Shown here: one piece after another, positions 40,315-52,650 of the stretch
How the letters are laid out: each line of letters starts with the position of its first letter
Position numbering within the stretch: the first letter of the stretch is position 1
Source: Octopus bimaculoides
Taxonomy: Eukaryota
DNA length: 64,000 nucleotides
Direction: 5' to 3'
NCBI RefSeq assembly: GCF_001194135.2
Contig: NC_068981.1
Span: 172,657,058 to 172,721,057 of the forward strand
Notes under the pieces: model-generated
Seen by the model: the letters and a program-made list of their open reading frames with translations, nothing else
What the model was told of the DNA's origin: nothing
The model's database searches: none
Position numbers and translations under genes: made by a program

Positions 40315-43300
40315 GTTCGTTAAATCACTCATCTTTTCTAATTACTTTGCCCCCTCCAAAGAAACCTCTTTGATAAATGGTCATTTGACTCACTGTTGTA
40401 AATCTTTAAAGTATAATAAAATTTAGAGATACAATAGCAGTTCATGACCTTCTTATTATATATTTCATTTCAAGATAGCTTTGCACAGACAAACCTGCAT
40501 GCACTTTTTACATCAGTAAATTCATTCTTAATTATCTATTTTCTCACAGTATTAGGAATATGTTATGTTATGTAAAATGAAAATGCATTCTTTCTAGTTC
40601 ATAAAAAGATAAAACTGATACAAAACAAAAAATATATATATTTTAGCAAATTCATTTTAAAATCTGTAAATAAAATGTAAAGGGGTAATTTTAATTTTAT
40701 TATTATCTGAACTCAGTTTTTATTATATCCTTTTAATTATATTTTGTAAAGCTTTATTGTAAACATGAGTACATACTTGCTTTCAATTCTAACATTCAAG
40801 TAACTATTCAGCTTTTTTTAATTTTATATTGAAAATATTTTTAATTAAATGATGATCACAATTATAATTTTTATTGCTAGCTTTCTTCAATTTCTTGCTA
40901 TAATTTTCTTTTACAAAACTGCTTTATACTTTGAAGCTAAAATGACCGATTTCCTTCTGTTTCTTTTACTATTTCTGCAATAGAACCTGCTCTTGAGGAC
41001 ATGCTAGTTACACTGAATCTCCACATAAACATATCTCTTACACCTGTCTGCTGCTTGCTACACAGTGTACACCCTTCTCTATTATATCAAACTGTATATT
41101 GAGCCCTTCTAAGAGTCACTGCTCTGTAGAACTGTCTTCCTTTTCTTGTATTCATGCAAAACACCCTTTGAAATTCTATGTTAAGTATAGCATAGACTGC
41201 AAAGATCTTGGATTAGAATCAAATGTATTAGTGAAGTTAAAGTGAAACTTTAAAGGCTGAGGTTTAGTATGTTTTAATAACAGGTGGGAGGGAAGGTGGT
41301 TTTATAGTGCTTCAATATTCGCTGTGAAGAGCTGCAGAGAAAGCTTAATGAAGTGCTTAGATAAAGAACAGAATGTAGCAAAAATTTTAATTATTATTGG
41401 AATGACGAGTTTAAAAAAATTTGTAGTAATTATAACCATCAAGAGAAAGTCAGTGCTAATGAAAATTATTCTCAAATAATACAAGGGACAGAACTCTTGA
41501 AATTTCAATTGACCAGAAGTTAATATGAGATATGCAGTGGCAAGTGAGTCTGATCTTCGGTAACTAGGGTGGTGTGTTTCAGTTTTATTAGATCTCTTTA
41601 GCAAAGCATAGTTTTCTCACAGCTGCCAAGTACTCAGAAAGACTAATAGATATAAGTTTGTTTCTTTGTTTTTTGCTAGGGCTTTGTTTTTGTACATTTG
41701 TGTGTGTGTATGTGTGTGTGTGGTAGATGACTGGTTTGGAAACTAGTTTTGATCTTTCTGGGATTAATTCAACTTTTCATCCTTAATGAAATAAGTAATA
41801 GTGAAAAACTAGAATTGAATCAGTTGGTTGTAACTTTGCCCCATATAAATGTTTTCTTGAGCTTAGTTAAAAGATTAGAATAATTATTATTATTGGTGTT
41901 GTGTGTTCAGTGTATTGGTGTCAAGAATTCACACTTCCAATCAACTTTGTCATTCACTTTTATAGAATCGATAAATTAGTACCAGATGCTAATGTAAACA
42001 TTCAATCAATTACAATCTCTCACAAGTTTGACTTTGTACATAATGAAATAATAATAATTATTATTATTGTTTTTGAAGAATAATTGTGGTAAAAATTTAA
42101 GTTCAGAATTGTTTTTGAAGAATAATAGTGGTAAAAATTTAAGTTCAGAATTTTTGGTCTTATTTTTAAGCAATAATACTTATTCACGAATGTATTTCAT
42201 AAAAACAAACATGCAAATATACAACAAATATAGAAATGTATTATTGTTCAGTGTATTTGACAGCTTATTAACAGGTTTATATTGTTTTTAAATCATTAGA
42301 GTTATTTTAGATTTAGGTTTACCATAATCCTATAACTGTTCACTGATTTCATTTTAAATTATATGTCAATGTTATCCAAATCTATCTTGTTTACATTTCT
42401 ATGAAAGCCCTAGTTAACTTTTATCAGCATATACAAATTTTCTTCTGTTGTTTGTAAACATATGAAATATTTTCAGTCACTTCGTTTATTAAACTAATTT
42501 TTTATGTAGTTTATCACACATTTTTTTCTATTTGTCATATTTTGAAATATATTTAATTATGTATGCGTGTTTAATGTATGCTTGAGTATGAGAGTGGATG
42601 TACATAATTGCAGGTATGGCTGTGTAGTTAAGAAGTTAACTTAACAACCATGTAATTTGGGGTTCAGTCCAACTGCATGGCACTTCGAGCATGTCTTCTA
42701 TAGTAGTACCTTGTGAGTGAAATTTGGTTGACAGAAACTGTATAGAAGTGTGTATGTGTGTTAATTTACTTGACAATTCTCCCAGTTCTAAACCAAAATA
42801 TGGAGTTTGGCCCAAACTTCATTCCTCAGACACAAGTCTCCCATCACATCTTCCTTCTGAAATGCAAATCTCTCATCATCTACCACTAATCTAACTGGTG
42901 TCCAAGCCATACCTTGTATTTTAATTTTTCTCTGGTCAGTGGTTTTTTACAATTATGTAAAATTCTGTATCACCACTACACATCTTTTTACATTGAATCT
43001 ATGTAACAAGACTTCCAAAGTCTTCCGTCTTATTCTTCTAAGTTAGACACATTCTAGCACTCTCCAAGCCCCTCCAGTAACTATCATTTATTTAACTCCC
43101 TCACTTTCCCTATTGATCATATCTATCTCACCTTACTCCTCTCTTAAATCATCATCTTATGTCACTTCAATGTACACAATTCCCTCTAGCTTTGCACTCC
43201 TCATTTAGTGATGCAGCTAACACAGAGGCCAGATCATTTCACATTCTGACCTGTCTGCACTTGCTGTATTCATATATACCTGTATCCATGATAAACACTT

Positions 43301-44063
43301 TGACATATCAGATAACTTGATGTCTTTGTTGTCTTGGTCATCACCATTTCTGCATCTATCAGATTATTTGATCACTACCTAACCAACTTGTAGGTTTGGT
43401 TAAGAAGCTACCTTTACTATCACATTATTCTGGATTCAGTCCCACTGTGTGGTACCCTGGACAAGTATCCATTACCTTATTCTGAGGTTGACCAATACCA
43501 AACTGTGTAGAAGACTGTGTGTTTAAATATTTGTATGTATACATATATATAGATAGATAGTTCTGTGTGTGTGTGGGGGGGTATCTTGATGATGTTATCT
43601 GTGAAGCATATAAACCATGAGAACACTATAAAAAAAAGGTGCTCTTTGAACAAAGTCTCTTATTTGTTGTGTACCAAGTTAGAGACACTTTCTTGCCGCT
43701 GTTGCCTTCAAAATTTCAATGAACCATTGAGAGGTCCATTTGAAACCTGTAACCAATGATGCTATTGTTCCAATTAATGCTATTAGAAAAGTAAATTGAG
43801 ACAAAACACCTCATACATTCCTTGTTCATAACAGTTACATAGACCCACTCTGGTATTTCAAGTTAGCTAATTAGTTGGAGCAGATAAACCAGATGGTTTA
43901 TCTGTTGCATTAGAGGCAAAAAACATTGCCTATAAAACCAGGTGGAAATCACACTCACCACCACAAATAGAGAGGTTGTTATTTACATCTGCAATGTCTG
44001 CAGAAAAGCAAATTATTTTTTCATGCAACACAACAGAGCCTGTAAGGTCTCTCTCTTTCTCTT

Positions 44064-44112
<49 letters not shown>

Positions 44113-44649
44113 ATAGGTCCTCTACTGACATTACAGAATCCTCTTACAAACACTTGCTACTGAAAAAGCCTTTATAGTTTCTACTTGGTTTATCTCCCAC
44201 TTCAAACTGTTCACATTCAAAATTCCTCTGCACACCCATATTCTCACCATCATATCAATACAGTCATTGCATGCAAAAATTCTTCCATTTGCAGCAATCC
44301 AATAATGTGATCAGTCCTAACAATGTCACTTCCATCATCCTCAAATGGTGCACTCTAGAGTTATCCCCTAACCTCACCAATCTCTGTCTCCCTTTCCTTC
44401 CCTCTCCCCTTTTGAATCCTACTTCAAAATGACCAATCAGTTTGAGAGACTTTCAACATATCAGTCAATTGAAACAGTTTTGGGAAAGCATCCTTCCTTC
44501 CTTCCCTCCCTCCCTCCCTCCCTCNNNNNNNNNNNNNNNNNNNNNNNNNNNNNNNNNNNNNNNNNNNNNNNNNNNNNNNNNNNNNNNNNNNNNNNNNNNN
44601 NNNNNNNNNNNNNNNNNNNNNNNNNNNNNNNNNNNNNNNNTTCACGCAT

Positions 44650-44680
<31 letters not shown>

Positions 44681-44689
44681 GTGACACCT

Positions 44690-45190
44690 AGTGCTGGTCA
44701 AATAGCACACCTGTATTCTCATTTCTCAGATCAGCAGTTCCCTGTCAGACCCCACCATTGCAGGACCAATGAAACGCACTTCAACCCAGATCTGTATACT
44801 CTTGTTTACTCCAAGGTTCAGTTGTGTTTCCCACACATAATTCATTTTGCACTTTAATGACTTACTTCCCGTCAGTTCATATACACACACTCCTTAAACA
44901 TTTACTCTTAGGCACCCTCCATACTCAAACTAAATACTTCACACTAAAGATGCATTATCTTCATGAACGGTAATCTGGAGAGCATCCTTCAATGGAAATG
45001 TGACAACCAACTTCATTCAACATCACAAAGATATATATTAATGAAACAGCTCTGTAACTCTCCCTCTAGCTGTCATATCTTTGATGATCCAATTGGTGGG
45101 AGGGCCAAGTGGGTGTCTGCTTACAGCTACATAGGCATCAAAAATAATTAGCAAAAGCATGCTACTTCCTATGAAATCATACTCACCTGT
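44690..45190 (+). mobile_element. Degraded CR1-type reverse transcriptase fragment
   Basis: Frameshifted QGSVVFPT / FILHFNDLL (RT motif PQGSVLSPTLFxxxINDL), followed by MNGNLESILQW. Confidence 0.55.
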
Positions 45191-45204
45191 GAGTGATGGC
45201 TATA

Positions 45205-45415
45205 CAAGAGAGTGCTGAAAAGTTTCTGGCTTCAAGAGTATCATGAAATGTCTAGTTGGAAGCCCAAACTTCTGAGTTCTTTTACAAGGCTTAGAAAAAC
45301 TGAAGGGCTATTATAAGTGTGTGAATCTGAGTGGGTGAGTATGTTGAATAAAATCATAATTAACTTATCTTCCTGTATTTTCTTTTACCCAAAGCCAGGA
45401 ACTTTTCAGCACCCC

Positions 45416-45419
<4 letters not shown>
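45205..45419 (+). mobile_element. Mariner-derived MITE (deletion derivative retaining transposase C-terminus)
   Basis: TIRs caagagagtgctgaaaagtttctggctt / aagccaggaacttttcagcaccccttca, flanked by TA. The interior encodes a frameshifted EFFY.GLEKL...KCVNL.GEYVE*, a mariner-type terminus. Confidence 0.75.
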
Positions 45420-45449
<30 letters not shown>

Positions 45450-45461
45450 ATATTTTCTAAA

Positions 45462-45624
45462 AGGTGCAGGAGTGGCTGTGTGGTAAGTAGCTTGCTTACT
45501 AACCACATGGTTCCAGGTTCAGTCCCACTACATGGCACCTTGGGCAAGTGTCTTCTACTATAGCCTCGGGCTGACCAAAGCCTTGTGAGTGGATTTGGTA
45601 GACAGAAATTGAAAGAAGCCCATC

Positions 45625-45677
<53 letters not shown>

Positions 45678-45793
45678 TGTGTGTCTGTGTTTGTCTCACC
45701 CCCCAACATCGCTTGACAACCGATGCTGGTGTGTTTACGTCCCTGTAACTTAGCGGTTCGGCAAAAGCGACCAATAGAATAAGTACTAGGCTT
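45462..45793 (+). mobile_element. SINE family 1, young copy with 3' end missing
   Basis: aggtgcaggagtggctgtgtggtaagtagcttgc head with B box ggttcagtccc; near-identical to the reverse complement of 30236-30653. Confidence 0.88.
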
Positions 45794-47613
45794 CCTACTT
45801 AAGGCTAGACAATATTTCAACTTGCTGACTCTGTATAAAAACGCTCGAGTAAGACTCACACTGGGATATTGGTCATCTGTCTCAGAACAGTACTGCTGCT
45901 ACTACTCACACAAACATCCAAGATGCTTCATAAGAGATGAGTAAATACTCACTCTCCATAACACTACAACCACTGCATTACAATCTACTCGTGCATGTGC
46001 TATTTCCACTCTTTACCTCTTCAACCACTACTCCAACAGACTTTCACCATCTATTGCTAACTATAATTCACTTCTCCTTAGATGACTCATCTTTATTGTT
46101 ATCTCATCATGCTGCTCAAACTCTCCTTACCAAGAGCCACTGTTATCACTGTCACTCTTCCATTACTCTCCCCCTCTACTATCCTATCACTCCTTCCCCT
46201 TCATCACACTCATACTTTCTCCTCTTTCACCATCTTGGTCATTGCTTTCTTGTATTTACAATCTCAGACACATTTGCCATGACAAAATGGAGATGATATG
46301 AAGAAAGTGAGGGCACTTTTGTCTTATAGGGAAGAATGCTACTACTCCACTGTTGGTGTCATGATAAAAATGTGTGTAAGACACTCTGTAAAGTGGTTGA
46401 TGTCAGAAATAGCATTCAGTCATAGAAACTATGCTAAAATGGCACATATGAGCAAGACTTGGCCCACTGATCCATCTAGAAGAGTATATCCAAATAAGAA
46501 TTGACTTTAATGACCTTTCCAGCCCATCAGAGTATGAGCAGTGGATGTAAAATGATGATGAGGATGATGTATGTATGTATAGTATGGCATTGTCTAATAT
46601 ATATATATATTGTACTTAAGCATACATATCTGTAAGTGTATTTGTGTATAAATCTGCATCTATGTGTGTGTTTGTATACACATTAATGTTATCACACACA
46701 TCAGGCCAGTGATTAGATATTTTTTGCAGCTGACTTGGCCATAGTCTGATGTACACATCTACTGTATCCCATACCCATGATTACAAATAACTTCCTTATT
46801 TAATGTAACAGCAAGATTACTGTTAAATGTTGAAGATTTTTTTTTTACACAATTAAATATCAGGATTTAAATTTCCTACCTGAAAAACTTTGCTACATGT
46901 AATCTGATAATATGCTTAGAATTTTTGAAAATGCATATCCAGAAACAGAAATATACATTCAAAATATGTTATTTTTAACAATGACAGTAAAATAAAGTCA
47001 ATAGTCAAGAGCCATGTGTGTTCATGAAAATATGTGTAACATTAAGCTGTGCTATCACAATCAAACTTGGTTTGTGACACAATAACAGTACATATAAAGT
47101 AATTCAATGTTATGACATGTACAGCATGAATGTAGACATGACCATTTGGTTAAGGAGTTTGCTTCACAATCTTGTTTTTCCCCTATTTGATCCCTTTATA
47201 TGGCACTTTCAATAAGTATATTAAAGTGTTATGAGTGAAATTTGGGTGCTGGTAACTGTGCAAAAGCTCACCAGATACTTCAGTAAATGGATGACAGAAT
47301 CAGTAGCACCTTAGACTGAATATGTTGTGTTAATTGATGCTGTATCAGTAACATCTCTTTGTGGGGAGTAGATGAATGATAGAAGAGGTGTTAATCAAAC
47401 TGGATCAACATACCAATTATACAACCCCAACCTTTCCTAACAAAAATTACTAGAGGAGCATTATTTTAGTTTTGAATCACAATCTGTATTGACTAGTTCT
47501 ACTTGACTACTCAACTATAAGGCCTATTCAAAAATATTTCAGATTTGAAAATTGTTGATTCTATTTTAAAGATATTTAGAAGTTTACTAAAAGAGATCTG
47601 TCTAATATTTTGA

Positions 47614-47868
47614 GCAGGTGTAGCTGTGTGGTAAGAAGTTTGCTTCAGCCCCACTGTGTGGCACCTTGAGCAAGTGTCTTCTATAGCCTCAAGCTTACCA
47701 AAGCCTTGTGAGTGAATTTGGTAGATGGAAACTGAAAGAAGCCCATCATATATATAGGTGTGTGTATTTGAGTCCCCCTACCACCACTTGACAACCAGTG
47801 CTGGTGTGTTTACTTCCCTGTAACTTAATGGTTCAGCAAAAGAGGCTGATAGAATAAGTATCAGGCTT
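47614..47868 (+). mobile_element. SINE family 1 copy with internal deletion in the head
   Basis: gcaggtgtagctgtgtggtaagaag...gcaccttgagcaagtgtcttc...aagaggctgatagaataagta. Confidence 0.78.
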
Positions 47869-50800
47869 TTAAAAAAGCTTATATCAGGCATTGTTTTGTT
47901 CCAAATTGAATTATATGTACATGTAAAATATTCAGCAACCTTTTAAACTGTACCTGTTATTGGCTGATAGACCAAACTTGTTACCCAATTTATCACCACC
48001 GCAATGCCAACTGTTACAGACTCTTGGATCAGGTCTCTCTCAGAGGATTGATAAATCAGTGTCTTGATTTTCTGGGTCACACAGTAGCAATATATGGGAA
48101 CCTCCTAGTCTTGGATGTTCTGCTAAAAGTCATGGACACTGTCCCTTCTCGTAAGCCATAAAATATCTAAATTAGTCCTGATTAAGCTGACCTTGTGATA
48201 AGGCATTGTAGCTGTAACCATCTAGTATTTTTTTTCTTTTTTTTTTTTCTGAGAGAAGAGTTTGTTTTGAGGGAGATCTAGATGCTATTCCTATATTAGC
48301 TCATTACTGCTTGAATATATGGTATTATTTTTCCCTCAACTTTATTCCTCAATTCTAAAGATTCCTTTTTTTTTTTTGTGTTAGATTCAATTCAAACCCA
48401 TTTGATTGTATCATACATTTATTGGTATTGATTGTAGACATGTAGGCACTTTTGAATCCTTATAATTTCATTTCTCAAAGAATATTGAAATTTAAAAGTG
48501 TAACATAATTGTTGATAGTCTCATTCTGACTACTAATGTTTTGCCAGTGTCCCACTGTGTAATGTGGATTAATGATGGATCAGCTATTTTTAACTTAGTT
48601 ATTAATGTTTATCACAGCAATTGTATTTGTAAATTACACACTAGTCTTTATCAAACTATAAATGAAAGAAACATCAAAGGTGAAAAGTGAGCAGACTAGG
48701 TAAATTGGTTGATTGTTTGAAATCAGGGATTTACCTTGAGCTAACTAACACTGTTCTAACTATGTCTAAAGATCCTGTATTATGTGGTATTGAAACTAAA
48801 TATTAGATTCACAAAATCATTATTTTATCTTCTCCACTTATGACTAGTTATTATAATCCTCTAATGTAACTTTTCTACATGAGATAATTTTTTAATACTA
48901 AAAATCTAGTTGTGAATATTATCATAAATTACAGGATGTAACTTATTTGGATTTTGTTTTTTCTGTAATTAATGTAGTAGAGATGGTGCTGTAAGTAGAC
49001 AGGTGGAGTAGCTGCTTTAGAATATCTAATCTGATATTTCAAAATTGAAAATCCTGCCTGAATCATTAAATACCAGTAATACATTGAGAAGAAATTAATT
49101 CCACTATATTATCTTTAAAAAAAATTAACCTTTTGCCCTCTGAAAAATGTTAACATGCAGTTAACTTATACCATTGGCCTTGCAAAAAGTGGAACTGAGG
49201 ATTTGCGGAAGGCACTATGACGCTACATTTAAGATCTTCACTGACCGAATCCATGTTTTGATTCCAATTCTTTTTTTGAGCCACTTTCTAATGCTTTGAA
49301 GAAAGGCATCAAATATCACCATTCAAATATTGGATTGATTTAATTTATTACATTCTTCTCTCAAAACTTTGTAAGAATTCTTCATTATTGTTGTTGTGAA
49401 CTGAATCTCTGACCTTATTTTAATTCCTGGTCAGTTGGAATTCCTCCACTTCACAAACATCCATATTGACTCTCCTTCTAAGATGTAACAACCTGTGTAA
49501 AAGACAAAAAAAAAAAAAACCCTCTTCTTTATTACCCAGTTATTAGATCTTTATATTAAGAGACCGGTTTTAGTGAAGTGTTTTCTGCATATTGGAAAAC
49601 ATTATTGTGCCTAACTCTTTCCCACTCCCAAAAATAAAGGATAGATGTAGTTAGACATCAGTCTTGAACATGATGGATTGAATTATTTTATAAATATTAT
49701 TATTTTTAGAAATCAATATTTCAATATTTGATTGTTTTGTTTTTTTCTTTTCTTTTTTGTTTTTTTTTTAGCAGTTTTGAATATATTAATTTTTTTTTCC
49801 TAAATTATAATTTTATTAAATGGCAACATACCTACCTAACAAGCCAGAAGAGGAAGAAAAAGCTTGTGCTTAGAATTGAATCATGAATTTCAATTTTTAC
49901 CTTTATTCACTGTTTTACTTTGTTTATTTTATTATCATTTATTTAATATGTACATGAATCTAATAGCACTATTTCATTGATAAATTATTTACACCATATG
50001 TAGTTTTATATAAACTCTTCACTGGTTTAGCAAAAATAGTTTCGGATTAATAATTTATTATTATACTTACCCATTCTATCAATTTAGTTACTCTATCTGC
50101 ATTTTATGCTACTCATTTCAATTGGGTATGGTAATTATCTCAGATTGGTTTACATTTTGTGAGTGTTTTCATTGGACATTACTTGGCATTCTGAGCAAAA
50201 CTGCAATCTAGTGGGTACTGTTTCCTCATAGGGCCTTGCTACTTGTCAGCTTTCTCCTGGAACATTACATATGTGTGTATGAAGTTTAAAAAATAAATGA
50301 ATAATTGTTTATCACTAAAGTGGTTTGTGAATCTACTGTTCTCAGGACATGAGAATTTACAAATTGTAAATTCTTTTACCACCTCCATTTTTCAGACAAG
50401 TGTTCTCTTTAAGAAAACACAATTAGCTTATTGAATCCATGCAACATTTAGATATCTTGTTTCAATATAGTTCTAAAGACACACACCCACATACATGCAT
50501 AGAAATATTGGGACCATTTTATTAGTTCAGGAAACTCTTACAATTATTAATTTAACAGGAGTTGAAGTTATTTCTGTTAACATTTTCTAAAATTTCAATT
50601 AATCCATGTCAATTTTGTTGCAACATTTAAAGTTTATTTTCTATACTATTATTTTGAAATATATTGTTAAAGAATTAGAATTTTCCTTCTTCTGAATTCT
50701 GTAATTCAAATTTCCAGATAAAGATTTCTCCTGGAATATTATCACACATTACAGCACTCGTGAAATAATTAAAATACAAAACAATCTTATTAAGAATATA

Positions 50801-51044
50801 CATTTATATTTACAGTTTGATTACTTGATACTAATAATATTTCTGTTTAGAGTTAGAGTTAATTATGATTACTTTTAGCTTTTTCTTAGGGCATGCGAGT
50901 TTTTCTTTTCTTTTTAACTGAAAGAAAAAATAATGATAATTTAGGCTATAAAATATTTCTCATTTTCTATTCTTTTACTACTGTCTTTTTTCTGCTCTTT
51001 TTTTTTTCTTCTTATCATTGAGAGTGTATGTTTCATTGTTATAG

Positions 51045-51230
51045 CCCCAAAAGGTCATCACTACCTGATATCCCATTGACTCCCAGGGAGCAGGAGATCC
51101 TGGACTTAACCAGCAGACAGCTCAACGATGGCCCCCTATCCCATTCCTCTGACAGCATTTTAGATGATCTTGATGATTCCCCACCTCCCAAACCTCCTCT
51201 TCCCCCAGGCATGGATACACAAATACCCAG
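51045..51230 (+). CDS. RAPGEF1: RAPGEF1/C3G internal coding exon D (PKRSSLPDIPLTPREQEILDLTSRQLNDGPLSHSSDSILDDLDDSPPPKPPLPPGMDTQIP), phase 2 to phase 2
   Basis: Acceptor tttcattgttatag at 51044 and donor CAG|gtaatg at 51231; 186 nt. DIPLTPREQEIL and PPKPPLP match recalled human C3G ELPLTDREVEIL and APPKPPLPG. Confidence 0.9.
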
Positions 51231-51247
51231 GTAATGGCTATTGTTGC

Positions 51248-51330
51248 TACTACTCCTAATACTACTACTACTACTACCACACTACTACTACCACCACCAT
51301 TACTACTACCACCACTACTATTGCTACTGT
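51248..51330. repeat. Cryptic (CTA/CCA)n trinucleotide tract just downstream of the exon D donor
   Basis: actactactactaccacactactactaccaccaccattactactaccaccactacta. Confidence 0.85.
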
Positions 51331-52320
51331 CACCAAACTATTAATATAACCATTACTGATACTATTAATACCTCTACATCTATATAACTGTCATTTTCCC
51401 AATTTTGTACATGAAAATTAAAAATAAAATATCTCCAGATATCACTGAGATTGCTAACCACTGTATATCTGTATAAGGATTAGGGAAAGTTCACTCTTAC
51501 TGATATAAGCTTTATCAAGATGTGATTGGGCAGTTTAAAAGACACAATTTAAAAAAAAAATTCTATTGCTTGCTTACTTATACAGGAGAAAGTGATAAAC
51601 CTATGGCCACATTAAAGAGGTTACTAATTAACAACTTAATACATTTGCACTGTTTTTTATAGTTCTTTAGAGTTAATATGTTCCCCTAACTAATTTTTAT
51701 ACTTCCTATTTTCAGTGCCTCTTTGAAATTCTTCTTTATTATTGATACATTTTATTATGTATATGTAGGGACTAGGGACAGGCAATCTTGTTGGTAGAGC
51801 AGAGTAGCATAGAGTACTCTTTATGGGTAGATAAGTAGTGATATCATGGTGGTCAGCTTTGCATTCCATTATGCTAGGATCATTAAGAGAAAAGCCATTT
51901 TAGTCAATTGGATGTACTTCCATCCTAACAAACCATTGGTTATGTAAGAAAGAAAATTAAAGTAAGCATCCAAATGTCCTTTCTTCCCAAGCTTGAGATC
52001 CTTTTTAGCTGTTTTATCTTTCATATATCTTTTTATTAGTTAGTATGAGGAATCAGCAGAAGAGAAGCACTCTCAATAGTGAGAGATAATATAGCAGCAG
52101 AGTAAGTTTAATACAGTTGACATTCAGTTGGAATTGTAACTTATAGTTTGAGAAGAAAATATAGACTGGAACAGAATTTCAATGGGATGCAATTCCAAAG
52201 AAATATACGAAAAAGTGTTTCATACTTGATGGGAATTAGAATTAATACTAGTTGTATTAAGTAGCAAAGCATAACTTGTAAAATATTATGAGGGGGGGGG
52301 GGAAACCTACATTCTCCAAA

Positions 52321-52650
52321 TATAGGCACAGGTGTTCCGGGTTCAGTCCCACTGCATGGCACCTTGGACAGGTGTCCTCTGCTATTGCCTCAAGCCAACC
52401 AAAGCCTTGTAAATGGATTTGGTAGATGGAAATTAAAAGAACTATGTCGTGTATGTGTGTGTGTGTATTTGTATCTGTGTTTGTCCCCCACCACCACTTG
52501 AATCGTTGGTATGTTTATATCCCCATAATTTAGCAGGCTTTAAAAAAAAATAATAAGTACTGGAGTCAATTTATTCGACTAAAAATTCATCAGGGCAGTG
52601 CCAAAGCATGGCCACAGCCTAATGACTGAAACAAGTAAAAGATAAAAAAT
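52321..52650 (+). mobile_element. SINE family 1 copy lacking the A-box segment
   Basis: tataggcacaggtg is joined directly to ttccgggttcagtccc; the rest is co-linear. Confidence 0.78.

Noticed and set aside
43881-43904. Perfect 11-bp inverted repeat cagataaacca-ga-tggtttatctg (also a 12-bp stem at 37259-37294)
   Set aside because: Short hairpins of this size are expected occasionally in 64 kb of AT-rich DNA; no supporting context.
44730-44815. Phase-compatible pseudo-exon between exons B and D
   Set aside because: Weak donor, overlaps the CR1 RT remnant, and exon C at 40220 fits C3G homology better.
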